The position numbers and the translations under genes are program-made. The notes beneath the pieces are model-generated. The model made no database searches, was not told the DNA's origin, and worked only from the letters and a program-made list of their open reading frames with translations. Of a stretch of DNA of 64,000 nucleotides, positions 1-13,620 are shown piece by piece. The stretch is from Takakia lepidozioides (Eukaryota > Plantae > Bryophyta): assembly GCA_030704615.1 (NCBI GenBank), contig CM060733.1, positions 60,264,001 through 60,328,000 of the forward strand. Reading direction: 5' to 3'. Each line of letters starts with the position of its first letter. The first letter of the stretch is position 1.

Positions 1-399
1 AAAGAGGTACGTGGCTATATCTTGACCGTCCCCTACGTGTCCAGTCTTAAAAATAAACTAAACAAGGTAGCATCGGATGGATGACAAATAGATTCGATTG
101 GATGAACGTTATGGTTGGACGCTGTGAGGAGTCACAAGTGCCAGGAGCGACACGTGGCGATCACGGGTCTACCAAACCCAGGATTAATCGCGGGTTCAGG
201 GTTTTAGGGGACCGGGGAACGCAGAGGAATAGGCCGGGTACCGAGCTCGGCTATGGCTTCTGACTCCTGAGGAAGACGGATCATCGATCCTGAGCCAGTG
301 ATCGTGTCTCAGAATTCCGTGTAGAGCTTTGGGTTGCAGATTGGCAGTTAGTTTCGGAGGAATATCAAATCGGGTGCAATTCTGTACCAGCTGGTCGTC

Positions 400-3300
400 A
401 TGGCGCTGTGTCTGTTGCGCCCACCATCCCTCTCCTCTTCATCTCTTGCCTCCGCTCCCCTTATGTTCCCTTGTCAGATAAATCCATTGGATTTCTTCCC
501 TTGTTCTATGGTTGGGCTTCCGTCATCTTCTCTCTCGGATAAACCTTCAAATAGACGAAGGATGCTGATACAATGGCGTTCCAGCGACAATCGGAGAACT
601 AAGCTAGTTACATTTGTAGGTAAAGGAGGCGTGGGGAAAACATTCTCTGCAGTTTTCGCGGCACAGGTATGCACTTCTTCTATGCATGCATTGGTCGTAT
701 GCTTTGTATCTGAGCTGTGGAGGGTTATTGTCTTGGATTCAAATTCGGCTCCGCATGGCCTGACAAAGAGGGAGTGGGAAGAGATTGAAGAGAAAATACC
801 AATTTTAATGACGGGTATGATCTTCCTCAAGATCCACAGGTTCCAATTGTAGGATACTTTTGTGTGTGCCTGGATGCCTCCGGAGAGCAATGCCACATTT
901 GGCAGGCGGAGATTTACATGATTAGCCATCCAGATTTATCTTACACTTCATGGAGTGTGTATGTGGAGATGTATCTACCAATGATCGAAAGCTGACATTG
1001 AAAGATTCTGTCCAAAACTTTCCCCAAAATCCTCACGCCAAATTGTTACGACCATTTGCAGAAGGGCAACATGATAAGTTGATTTTTGAAATGGACATAA
1101 ACATTTCTATACATTATCTCCTGGACAGCACCATCACTTGAGAAAAGGGGTATCTTAAGATGGATGTTGGTGATTGGGGGTCCAAAGTATCATGTCAGGC
1201 CTCTTCCTGAAAAATGAAAATGTGGATAGTGGAGGTGATGGTGGGTGCTGTGGCCATGCATTGACAGGGAACTCTGGGCAGGGGCCATGGCTGCCTTGCG
1301 GTCAGCCGAGAGGTGAGAAGGGGCCATAACGGGTGTGCTTGCTGAGTGTGCAGTACTATGCCAGCACTGGCCTCCGCACCTGCCTCCTTGTCCAATCCCA
1401 GGACTCCACTGCTGATCTTCTCCTTGGCCAAAAGCTAAGCAGCACTCCTGCTTCTTTCAGGGATGGTACTCTTACAGCTCTAAGACTGGAGACTACCAAG
1501 GTTCTCTTTCACACCTCTTCTTTGTGTCATTTTGGCTAGACCATTCAGATAGCAGTTGCTTAGTTGAGCAGCAGCATGTTTGAATTGGGAGAGATGATTG
1601 ACATATTTATGTCATTGCTGGTTGGGTTTGACCCCGAAACATTACAACATTGGACATGCATAGCTCTCTATCAGACAGGATCATCATTTGCAAGATTGGG
1701 CTTTACTTCAGTGCATGAGGTATGAGAGTGGGATGCCGCATCTGACAATTATGGTCGTTAGATGCTATGTCTCAACAATGCATGACACGGGGCATGTGTA
1801 GATGCTGGTTGAGCCATTGGCCCAATTCAAGAAAGCAGATGCACGCCTTAATTTCAGCCAAGGAGCTCTTGATGAGGTCTGTCATTCTTTCTTGACACCT
1901 TGCTTGATTTGAAATCAGATCAGAACTGCTGGACTATGGGGATGGTCAGGCTGGTTTTTTGTCTTTATTTGTACAGTGAACTTGTTGTCAAAGATAGTAT
2001 GACAAAAATCTCAGGGTTTGCCTATCCCATATTGTATGATGGGGAAAGGTGGTCAGTGAAGAACTGAGTGTGCTGCCAGGCGTTGATTCTTTATTGGCAC
2101 TGGGGGCACTGGAGCGCCTGGCGGGCTTTGCGGGTGGATTGTTCAAAGGGGGCAAGAGCAAGGAGAATGAGTATGATATCATTGTGTACGATGGTCCAAG
2201 TAGTGAAGAGATATTTCGTATGTTTGGGTCAGCAGAAAGAGCCAGGTAGATTTCTGCTTCAGAATAAGACTATCTCAGGAGACAAAATTCACTTTGGAAC
2301 AGAATCAGTTTAGTCAGATTGCTAATTGGATTACTGTTAATATCATTTTAGTAAAGGATGGATCAGGGCTCTCCTTTTCCTAACTCTTGGCTCTTCCATT
2401 GGGATGACAAATTTTCTACCAGAATCTGGAGCCCTTGTGTTGTTGATAAGACTTCTGTAGCCCATTACCTCGTCACCCCTGCACACTGACATACCATGGC
2501 ACATGGAACTGCAAATCCATGATGCAGGAGTTGCTCGTGTCCCTTGTGAAGAATAGAGGACCTGTATGTTCAAGCTTTGATCATAGTCTTTACTAGTTTG
2601 ATGTTTTGTTTGTTTTTAGATCCCGTTTTGTATGGTTGTACTCAGTCTCTTACTTGGAGTGAACAGATGGTATTTGAGACAGATCCGAACCATTGCAGAG
2701 AAGACGGATGCCGGAAGAGTAGCCCTGCCGTCAATGCTAAGACTACTGGAGGGGGCATTCCTTGAAGAAGGTCCCGGTGATCGAGCTTTGAGATCAACAG
2801 CTGAAATCTGGGAAACAGGGGACCGCATCCTTTCAGTATGTTCCCACTCGGCTTATTTTTCCATTGTCTGGAAAGTGGGATGAATGGATATTCTCTCTTT
2901 CTTGCTTGACGTTTGAAAAGGGGTTTCTTGTCGGTCTACTTGCCCTTTGGGGCTCCTGTAGATGTGATAAGGTCTCTCTCTTTCGCTCTCTCTCTGACTA
3001 TATTAGTGTTATTTATACTCACTAGGAACGTCGCACCATGCAGAGGGTGGTTGAAAATTTCCACGACCTAAAGAGGTTTTCCTGCTTTCTAGTGACAAAC
3101 CCGAGCAACAAATTCGCAGTGGAGACTGCACTGCGGTACTGGGGATGTGCAACACAGGCTGGAGTCTATGTTTCTGGCACACTCTATCCCTTCTCTTCTC
3201 CCAATGAAGCTCTCACAAGCCCTGAATTTGTAAAGAGGTTTGCTCCGTTGCGCATTGCATGTGTTCCTTTAATCTCCTTTGAATCCACTCCAGACTGGGA

Positions 3301-4847
3301 TGAGGCTCTGGGTATGATGACCCAACAGACAAGGGAAGTTTTGGATGGGAGAAATCAAGCTCACCCCATTCCGCCACCTGTGGCCTTTGACCGGATGGCT
3401 CGGACTGTCACTCTCTTCCTGCCTGGCTTTCACAAGTCAGATGTGAAGTTGTTACAGGTGTCTCTCTCTCCCTCTCCCTCTCTCTCTTACTGGACAGAAA
3501 TCTAGCTTATTTCATATTGACCAAGGTGTAGCTGAAGTCTGTACCCTCTCCCCACTGCACTTCAATGTTTCCATTGATCAGTTACTTCGAAGATGTGGAA
3601 AATGAGGGGTTTGGGTTAAAGGTGGGTGATGCCACCATTCCAGCCCTTATGTTTGCGGCCAACTTCGCAGGCCTAGGGAAGACCCCATCCAATCTTCAGG
3701 AGTTGATTGATTGAATACTTTGACCTGTGGAGGCTAGCAGCCAATGTTAGTAAATGTGCAGTGGCGGCTTTCAATGATCGTGGGGAGGGAAGTGGGGATC
3801 TCACATGGACTTGGGGAGGCAAAAGATCCCTGTGCTCCCTTCCTACACATTTTGTGGCATTGAGTTATCCTTCAGTTTCAACTGGGATGCACATATCCAG
3901 AAAGTGGTTCAAACAGCTGAACGCAAAGCTTTGGGCCTCAATAGATTTTTCCACTGCAGAAGGATTAATGCTGAAGTTAAAAGGACCATGTTTTGCAATG
4001 TTATTAGGCCTACCTTGGAGTACGCATCTGCTGTGTGGGTGGATAACTCCAACCATGGTAAAGCTCTAGAATCCATGGAGGTTGCAGTGCTCAAAGAAAG
4101 TATGTCAGCATGCTCTAGAACAGTTAACGTGGCTGTTCGGGGTGAGTTTGGCACCCCCTTCAGCGTCAACATGATGAGTTCAAGGTCAGATGGTGGGGTC
4201 GTTTGAGTCACGATTATACCCTCAGCCAATCGACTCTATTTCTTGGGAGCAAGACCGTCCTATTATACAAAGTCCCTGTGGAAAAGGGTAGAAGAGATCG
4301 TCCGAATATTAGCCCAGTAGAATTGACCCTGCTAGATGCAGCTGACGTGGAGGTTGCAGTGTCTAATGCCAAGTCGGATTCCCAAAGACTGTGCAATGAT
4401 AATGAAGTTAGGCATAATACTTCCCTGAACTTGTTTCCAGTCTGTGATGTGGGCAAGGACCTTAAGGATGATCTCAAGGGCCGACCTACCATCGGCACTA
4501 GGCTGAAGTTTAAACTCGGGGTGGGAAGCCTACTTCATCTTTTATCTTTAACCATAAAGTCCAATGCGCAAATCAACTTCATTATCTCTTAATGTTTACA
4601 GCTACAGTACAGCTTGACCTTGCAAGTAAGAGGTTTGTTGGCTTGAGACAGCTGTGGGATTACATGCCAAGATTGCTGAGATGTTACAATTGCTGTTACT
4701 GGTGGGCAGTGCAGGGGAGGGTCAGAATTGTTGGTGGAGGCAGGCGACCAGCGACGCATTATAGTGCTGCCTGCAGACATGCGTGGCAAGGTAACAGGAG
4801 CCAAATTCCAAGAGAAAAGCCTAGTGGTCACATTGAAAGGCAGCTGA
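400..4847 (+). CDS. GET3d: ArsA/GET3-family ATPase, GET3d (At1g26090-like), probably plastid-targeted; 7 exons: 400-666, 1354-1500, 1802-1876, 2049-2245, 2667-2835, 3044-3457, 4710-4847
   Basis: Ser/Pro-rich transit-peptide-like N-terminus, P-loop [33 protein letters not shown] and a C-terminal alpha-crystallin-like segment ([35 protein letters not shown]). All six introns are GT..AG with compatible phases; stop TGA at 4845-4847. Confidence 0.9.
3560..4520 (+). mobile_element. 5'-truncated, degenerate non-LTR retrotransposon (RT C-terminal half) in GET3d intron 6
   Basis: Frameshifted reading [18 protein letters not shown] (degenerate FADD), [50 protein letters not shown]. Ends are approximate. 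Confidence 0.8.
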
Positions 4848-6197
4848 GACAACCCCAATGTGCACAGATATCCACAACACTCTGCCCCATTATAGACTTG
4901 GCATACTGCATACAACTGGTGAATTATTCATTTCTTAAACTAGTTCAAAAGCTTCTCTGCTACCATTTGTTAAAGATGTGTGCCAAAGTTTCATCCAATA
5001 AAGGGAGAATCCTTGTCATATAGTTCGTTGTGCAAAGCTGAAATGTAACCAATTTGAGTGAGTATTTCAACTTCAATTTCTAGTTATCCAAAGTTCTCAT
5101 GTGAAAAATTCTCATATCTGTAGTTCTAAGATTCTCCTTTGTTATACACATCTTTTCAGAATGCATCCAGGTACACAGGCATGTGGTCATCCTTCAGTTT
5201 CCATTTGATATTAGAGGCAGGGACTAAATTCTATTCGAGTCTAAAAGAAACCATCTCTTGAGTTGGTATACTCGAGGCCACCCAACTCTCATCCTACAAG
5301 TGTGCATTCTTGAGGACATCATTTTTTACGTCCACAATAACCTTGATGAGGATGTACAAATCAAGCTAATGTGGTGGGATGGTCACTTCGTTGGCAGCGG
5401 CCAATGCTTGGCAAGTCGTTCAATAGCATCCAATGACAGTGCCTTCTCCACCTGCATTGGAATTCAAATTTGAGCGTGCCTGAGTCCTTTGAACAAATCT
5501 CTTCAACCCTTGATATATCAAATCTTTTAGGCCCATGACCCTTGGTTCCTCCTGTCAATGCATACCTCCATGTTTTAAGCTAGCCTCTTCTTTCTGCTCA
5601 TCTCTCTGTCAATCATACCACATAACCATCTCTGAAGTGTTTTCACTTTCCTAGAATGTTCTTTCTGCCTTTCATGAACAGAAACAAACAACTACTATCA
5701 AAGAGAAGAGATTCCAAGAACTAGGCTTGAAAGAGATCTCTCCTCCATCATGTCTGTCTTAAAAATACACACAACTCACAATCTCCTCCATCCTCAGCAA
5801 GGATCAACTGTCCTCACTATGCTGCTTGTATGGTTTCAACACATTTGCAAGGTATATGTTTTGGCCTCTTCCTCATGTTCTCGATCATTACGAGATGCTT
5901 GTAGCTCCGTAGCATGACAAAGAATAAATGGCACACTTGTACTAGGAAGCTTGACATATATCAACCATTGACTCAGACATAGGTCAACCTGGCTTGTCCC
6001 AAAAAAGGTTGAGAGAAAGAGATTTCATCCTATTCCCAGTGGGCACATTGGTCAAGGGAATAGTCCCAGCCTCCTGGAGTGAGTTGTCAGAATTAAGCAC
6101 ACCAGGTTGTATGAGACTCCTACAAGAGGCATGGTGCTTACCTATAGCGAATGACTCTCCTAACACAGTGACTCGATTGTTTGGTATAGACATCATG

Positions 6198-8904
6198 CTA
6201 GGAAACAGATTGTTGATTCCAACAAGCCGCAGCCCCTGACTTGGCAACAGATGCGACACTGCCAGTCAACTGGAGAAAAAGAGAAAGAGATTTGTGTCCT
6301 ACAACAGAATTAGCCCACCTCTTGCATCCAAGGATCAAACAAAGTATGACATGCTAGTGAGGAAAGCATAAGGCCACTCACAAGTTCCTCATGCAGGGAT
6401 TTGAACATGTCACAGAAACCCTTTGCATCCTTATGATTTAACTGCATAGCTCCATGACACATGCCAACCAGTTAGATCCCTTTGAGACAAACAGGAACAT
6501 TGACATATGGAACTAAAGACCAGCATTAGAAGAGGATCGACACAGTCTGGGGTTATGTTATGCCATAAAAAGTACCTCAAGAACCTTGACACACACAGAG
6601 CAGTTTGACAGAGACAGAGACAGTGAAACCGGAAGGAAGGAAAAGAGTGGGAGAGGGGCAGGGGGCCAGGGCACTGTATGATGGAGCCTGATGCCTTTCA
6701 AGATGCAGGAGACAAAAAAAAACCAAACATTACAATTGTCAGATCAGCCTCATAGTGCAGACAAACTGCATAAACCCAGCCAAGATGGCATTGTCTGTCA
6801 AGGAGTTGAATTCACAAAGGGGATACAAAATACCCTAGACAACTCTCTTTCTACTGGAGTATCATACATCAAGAGAAAAGGGGGGACAGCCCATAGACCA
6901 GACACCCTTCAAGCTTAAAACAGCTCTCTTTCCAAACCACCGAAAGGAACAGAGAAATGTACCTGTCGCTCTGCTACTCTTCTCAAAAGATCCCAAAAAG
7001 AGACTGCATCCACCCGGGCCAAACCAAAGGAGGTGAGCACAGGTACAAACATCTTTCTGTACTGAGGCCCTGGAAAGTAGCTTTACAGGCCAGAAAATGA
7101 ATGTTGGAACATTGAGAGAAGCTATCGTATTGAGTTATGTTGGAATTTTAATACAACGCACACTGGTTGCTAGACAATCCAGAAAGGTCACTGAAGGGAC
7201 AGACATGCCATCCATACATTCAGTTGCATGGTTCACAGACCTCTGCTCAATCAGGGTATACCTTCTTCACCCAAAACTGCACGCGAAGTCTGTAGGGATG
7301 CTGTGGCCTTCTCCTCATCAGCATCTTGCAGGGGACCTCCATTTTCATCCACCTGTATCCCAATCACAGGGCAATGGCAGTACAGGGAGTTATGACACAA
7401 TATCAGACCCCAAAACTGATTGGAACTTATAATATCAATGTGAGAGCCGAGTAAAATCAAAACGTAACACACTCAACTTTTAAAAGGTAACCAAACAGAA
7501 AATGAATAGCCATATCCAAGATAAAGAAGAGCCTTTCACAGATCAACAAGGACCAGGACAAAACATAAAAGGACACATGGAAGAAGAAATAATCAAAAGA
7601 GGCAGTAAACCCAAGAGAATGCTGTGTCATAACTGCTTGAAGATAACTGATCGGATCTTAAATAAAATCAGTGTTTCAAATTCCTCTCTCTCTCTCTCTC
7701 TCTCTCTCCCTCTCCAACATAAGATATGACAGTCTCTAGAAGAACAAATCAATGATCCACATTAAATGGAATTGCTTGCATACTGGAAACAAAATCTAAA
7801 ACGGACATCTACCTCCCACCACGTGGCAAGGAAACATGCATGACACCCACCTGTTGTGTTCGCCGAGATGTGGAGCCCGCCTGCAAGGAATCTTCTCCCT
7901 GGTTCAATCGGGAAGCACGGATGGCTACCTCTTTGACATCATCTGCCTGCACAATAAATCTGCCTGCATTGTAAGCGCCAGTCTCCGTCTGTGTCCTACA
8001 AACTCTTTTGAGTTTTTTGACTGAAGATATATCACAAACACAACCCCAGCACTAAAGTTGTGATCCTATCATCTGAAGCACGCACCAACATGTGTCCATG
8101 CATCCATCTCATCACAAGTAGAACTGGAAATAGAGAATGTACTCATCAGGCTTCGCTTGCCAGCATTGTGACAACATACCAATGGACCATTAAATGAATG
8201 AAGAGACAGAAGACTTATTGAAACAGCACATGTCCATAATGAAATGTGACCAACCACTCTGCAATTTTTACTTGCCCATGCCATCCACCATTACAAGCAA
8301 AAAAATATCACCAACTCAAAATAAGAATCCACATGAGCCCCAATTCCCACAATTGCGTAGTGAGATAGACTGTTATTCTCAGAACAAACACAGCAGTCTG
8401 TTGGAGGGAAAGGCCGCATTGAGTACTCAGCTTGAAAGTGACTCAAGTAATCGGATTGATCCAATTGATTACTGGTACTGACCAAATAGATAGCAGATCT
8501 GATAGAATCTAGGGTTGGAACACGGACTCATCTAACCGTCAAGCAGCATACTTGAGGAAAAATCATGGTCTTCATCTGAGACAACAAAAATCCACACCAA
8601 CACTTCACACGGAAATTTCTGCACACATCACTCCACAATACTGCAATTTGCTTTCAACATGACAGCACGGTCAAAAGAACCCAACAAAAATACAAAAACT
8701 GTAAGCCAGGAATAAAGCAGACCCCTACAGACATACACAAGGGAAGTCCGGCCATTACACAATAGGATCTGGTTCGGACAACTGGAAAGAGCTCCAGCAA
8801 GCGCTGGAATTGGTCGTCGTCCATAGCTCAAGCTCCGCGAGCTTCCTCTTCCCTAATGTGTCCCTCTGTCCGTCCCTTCGGACCTCGCTACTCGGTTTCG
8901 CCAT
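6198..8904 (-). CDS. Unidentified multi-exon protein-coding gene; best-supported exons 7851-8020, 7262-7352, 6963-7069, 6382-6441, 6198-6269; 5' exons tentative
   Basis: Five segments with AG/GT boundaries join in frame (..KKLKRVCRTQTETGAY..QQ|VDENGG..LGEE|GPQYRKMFVPVLTSFGLARVDAVSFWDLLRRVAERQ|LNHKDAKGFCDMFKSLHEEL|LTGSVASVAKSGAAACWNQQSVS*). Candidate start ATG at 8904 (MAKPSSEVRR). Family not recognised. Confidence 0.55.
7684..7709. repeat. (CT)n microsatellite
   Basis: Direct ctctct run. Confidence 0.85.
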
Positions 8905-9262
8905 CCCTCGCCTCAATAGCCCAATATACGATGATGTACAAACTCTGAAATACCGTATTTCCATCAATACACGGACGGATGTCAATTTCATTTTATCGTC
9001 CACGCCTGCGCTGTAGACTTGGCAAAGCAAACCGTCTGCGTCCATATTTCATCCATTCAATTAAGCATCGAATTAGTCAATTGATCAGGATCTAATCAAA
9101 GTAAACTCTTCAGCCTCCCCGGAATTTGAAAGATCCGAAATCAACTGGAAACATGTCCGTTCGTCTTCTGCAATGCGGCTCCACTTCCATAGGTAGCTTC
9201 TTGATTCATTCTGGCTCGGCTGCCTCTCTCCTACGGAATACCAAAAGGGCCATGCTTGTACA

Positions 9263-9688
9263 GGACCCCAACCCCTTGAAAGATTCCAATACCCCAGGGT
9301 TTTATTCCAAAAAGTTCTGTGGCACGGGCACGAGGGCATGGGCTATTGAAAAGCACGGGGTAGAAATACCCCGGGGTAGTAAAAGGCAAGGGGTAACTAA
9401 CCCATGCTACATGCCTGGGGTACCAGGTATATTATACTATGAGTATATCGTAATATACACGTCGTATATTACTACATACGCATAGTATGTTTTTGATATT
9501 CTCGATAATCGGGTAAAACTGCCCGGACATGAAGCCTGTTTAGGGATTCGCACCACGTCTCTCTCTCACGTCCTCTCTCTCAAGGTTTTGCTCTGGCGAT
9601 CTGCAGGCAGGAGCTCGACAAGCAAAGAGTTATGGCCTTAGCCAACCAACACTGGATGAGCCCTAAACTCAGCATTGCGAAGGGAGCA
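9263..9688 (+). repeat. Left terminal inverted repeat (~426 bp)
   Basis: Matches the reverse complement of 19039-19493; contains several GGGGTA/TACCCC motifs. Confidence 0.92.
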
Positions 9689-12348
9689 GCCAGGAAGGTT
9701 GACTCAAATGACTGCAACCAACAAGGCTAGAACAACAAATCCAAGCTTATCCTTATTATAGGAGCTTTCAAGTCTTCCCCTACATGGCAAAGAGGGTACA
9801 CGGCCTCACGACTCTATTCCATTCCCGTAATTACATGTAGCTGGTAGAAGGCCACAGATTCCTGGAAAATTGAGGTGGAGACCATCTCGGAGATGTTGTG
9901 CCTCATTAGCGGGAGGCAATTCCAAATAGAAAATTGTGGCATCAAACTGCTTTTAGCTTTCTTCCATAGTGTTCTACCGCTCTTTTCAATGTCCGTCACA
10001 TCAATGCTGCCAGTTTTGTGTTCGGCGCTTTCTGAGTCCATGTTTCTGGTTGTATGCTGTCGTATCAACTCCAATTGACGATTGTAATCGCCATTGTAGG
10101 TATTCACATGTGTATCCTGTCGGGAGAAGTCACCTTCCTCCTGCTTCGTTGTGTGCCCCTCCTCTGGCCCATTCTGTCTGTTTTCCACGTCTATTTGCAT
10201 GTCCTGATGTGTGAATCCCTCACGGATACATTTGTACTTGTGAGCTTATATGTTGTGTCCTCGCTTGCACTGATGAAGCATGTTTAGGAGCAGCGGTAGA
10301 GATGCCTGTAAAGAGGACCTATCTCTACGTTCTGGTGTGATGGTGAGGATTTCATCCGAGTGATGATGTTGCCGTTTTGAGTTGATCAGCTGGTTGAAAT
10401 GGCTGACGGATGCGACTACTGTCTAAAAAGGGTATGTATGAACCAAGCATGGAGAGAGAATAGATCTGCCTAACCGGTTCGATGCATAGGTTGTTCTTCT
10501 AGCGATTGTGTGAGATGTGTTCTGCAAGTAGGTGGTATTTTGGTAAACCATGTTTGTTTACATGTATTTGACATTACTGTGTGGAGTAGTACATGATAAG
10601 GACACTCGTCTCTGTGGGAATAATCAGCTAACGGCATGGGGTTTTTTCCCAAAGTTGTTGTTGGTCGTTCACCTGGGAGCCAGAAATAGTTGGATCCTGT
10701 GTGTACAAACTTACCTCCTTCCATAGACATCTGCTTTGTTCTTGGTATGTGTGAGTGGAAGTGGTAAAAATGGCGTTGTGAAGTGCTCATTGCAGAAGGT
10801 GATTTTGAACTGCTTTTTGAGGCGTTTTCGTAGTTGTCAGAGCATCTACCACAGCTGCTGAATGCCAAGTCTATACTTCTAATTTATTCCTGCGAGTTTT
10901 TTTTAATGGTTCACTGCAAGGGTGATTGCGAGTATCCTCGCGCTGCCTCGGAGGCATGTTGGCTGAAGTACTTGGGAGTTGGAAGTGGTGAGTGTGTCCT
11001 CATGTGAGTATTTTTCTTTTGAGCTTGCAGCACGAAAGATCTTTGCCATCCTTAACTGCATGCTGTAATGAGGTAATGCCTTTGGGTAGTTGGGAGGAGT
11101 CTAGAAGAGGCTAGAATAGCTGTCGGAATGTAAATGCAGTTTCTCATGTAGATTATTCTTTCAAGATGGGAAGTCCATGTCCTTGCTGGATGGTTGTACA
11201 CCGTCTTACCTTTTGACATTTATGCATCCTAGGGTTGAATGAGGATGCAATTGTAGATGATATTGTCATGAAGAGATTGTTTGGTTTCTCTTTTGCTAAT
11301 TGCATGTAATGAGGTATCTAGTCCCTTTAGATGAGGTTCCATGTAAGCAGTGGTGGTCTGTACAGAAATCTGCATAATGGTTTATTAGTTGCAGAAGGAA
11401 AGTGTCCCCTGCCAAGCGTCATAGAGTTTCTGGTTCATAGTTTTTGGTAGGTAGATGTATTGATCCCTCACATATAGTTCTTGATGTTTACACTAAAATA
11501 TGATGCAGCACAGCATATGCTTAAACGGCTGTCTTGAATTTTGGTGATGAAAGGGTGTTTAGGCACAGTGGTACAGAAATTTGGTCATGACTGTATTTTG
11601 TGTTTGCGATTACAACTTCCTTGAGGAGAGGTTTACTTGTTGTACTTGGAATGTGGCTGAGATTATAACTCCAGACTAATCCTGTGCTTGTTGTTTTGGC
11701 TACACCAAGTGACTGGCAACCTACCTGGTAAGGATCTTCTCTGCCACTGACGAACTGATATAGGTGAGTTGTGTAAAACTTGGAGTACTGTAAGGAGAGG
11801 AGAGTTGTAGTTTGTACCAACATTGGCTGACAGATATCAGATTTGAATATGCTGAATAATCGATCTACTTGTTCGTTTCGTGTACGATCAGTATGCTTAT
11901 TGATCTACTTGATCTTTACGGTGATAATTGCTACAACTTTTGTGTAAAATCATACTCATGTTATCTTTCAGGGCAGATATGATGCTTTTTGTTGGGCCAT
12001 AGGGTTGCCTGGAGAAGAGAGGGGGTCACGGGGATTTGTTAACTTTAACATTGCACTTTGGTTTCTCTTCCCTTGCACATACATTGCGTTCATACATCAA
12101 TGTCTCACTTTCAATAATTGCTTATATTGAATAACTGTGATGAAGCTCTAAATCCTTACATTCCCTTGTCTCAAACACCATCTACTTCATATGTTTCCTC
12201 TTCCAAAATGTCTGATCTGAAAGTTACAATCCCCTAATGCACTATTGAGCAATCTATTGGTCTAGTTTCACTTCACATGGGAGTTCAAGTGATGAAGTCT
12301 GAATGTGGTCTGTTGTGTCGTTGTTTTGTAGAATATAGGAGTTGCAGG

Positions 12349-13620
12349 TTCCACCAAGAAGGTATGGAGGAGCCTAATGTTCAGCCTATAGCTGATATGG
12401 TGGAATATGTCCAGAGGATGTTGCGAGTCGGAGTTCCTTTCAAAAGAATTGCAGAGGCACTCAACATCACAGATCCTAGACAGCTCAAGAGGCTCTTAAC
12501 AAAGGCGCTGGGATACAAATTCAAGGTGTTCGATCTCTTCACAATTGAAGAATTGTCTGAGAAGATTCAGACACTCCTTCCAATTAGGGAGCATGGAGCA
12601 AATTGGGGGAAAAGGCATGTCAATGCCGCCCTTGCACAACTTGACGTTAGGGTCCCTCGGAGGAAGATTGCAAGATCGTTGCAGGTGTTGTCAGGTATGA
12701 GCCCCTCCTCTTAGATTTTCATTTTGAATCTGTATTGTCAATTCAAACTTGAATATCCGAGTCATGTTCGATATTAATTTTTCTCTCTCATGTTTGTCAG
12801 GTGCCCATTATGAAAGGCGACTTCGGGCATTGCTCTTGACCCGACGGCAATACAATGTCACTGTGCCCATGGCACTTTGGCATATTGACTATGAGTTTGT
12901 GTTGCATTTAGCAAGTTTCAATCTTTTGCTTTCATGTGTATTGTTGGTTTTCTTTTTTTGGGGAGGGGGGCAGAGGATTTCATATCATATTTCAAGGTCT
13001 GTAGGTCTGTGATAATTTGTTGGTGTTTTTACAGCCTATGACAAGCTATCAATGTACGGATTGCGAGTTCATGGCGGTATTGACGGCGCATCTCATTATG
13101 TGGTGTATGCAAGAGTAGCTTCGGATAAACAACAGGAGACTATTTTTGAGCCGTTCAGAGCAGCTGCAAATAGGTTTGGGGCCTCTTTACGAGTGCGTTC
13201 TGATTTTGCATCAGAGCATGCCCTTATTCGCAGATTCATGGAGGAGGCATGGCCACATATGCCTAATGTCTTTCTTGTTGGTGCTCTGTTCATAATCAGG
13301 TACAATATCAGAAAATTGGCCAACTCTTTCTATGTCTTTGCCTTTCCAACGGGTTTTCAATTATATGTTGGGTTCCATGTGATGTTTGACCCTGCCTTGA
13401 AGGTCTTGTCATTTACATTTCTTGTTGTTTGTTTAAAATCTCGAAGGGGAATGTGTGTAGAGAATCGAGCACTGGTGGAGACTTCTTTGTCCTATAAAAA
13501 TTGTTTTCAGAAGTTGGTTGCTCAAGGCTTGTACATCCCCGACGATCCTTATCAAAGGGCATCTTTTGTTGCTGTCTACCTGCCTATACTGCAACATGCT
13601 GTGGATGAGTATGAGATTAT
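12349..13620 (+). pseudogene. Spliced DDE transposase with IS3/IS481-type integrase core (IS3EU-like), disabled
   Basis: Exons ~12349-12693, 12801-12890, 13035-13299 and 13461 onward reconstruct GANWGKRHVNAALAQLDVRVPRRKIARSL..RRQYNVTVPMALWHID|SYDKLSMYGLRVHGGIDGASHYVVY..LRVRSDFASE..SVHNQ|RIEHWW. D(HID), D(RSD) and E(RIE) are present. One donor is mutated (atgagt at 12891) and there is a frameshift before SVHNQ. Confidence 0.8.

Noticed and set aside
9085-9485. Similar ORFs at 9085-9485 and 19260-19696
   Set aside because: They are translations of the terminal inverted repeats.
9814-11823. Minus-strand ORF fragments inside the TIR element
   Set aside because: No recognisable motif or consistent exon chain; possibly decayed coding sequence, but not supportable.
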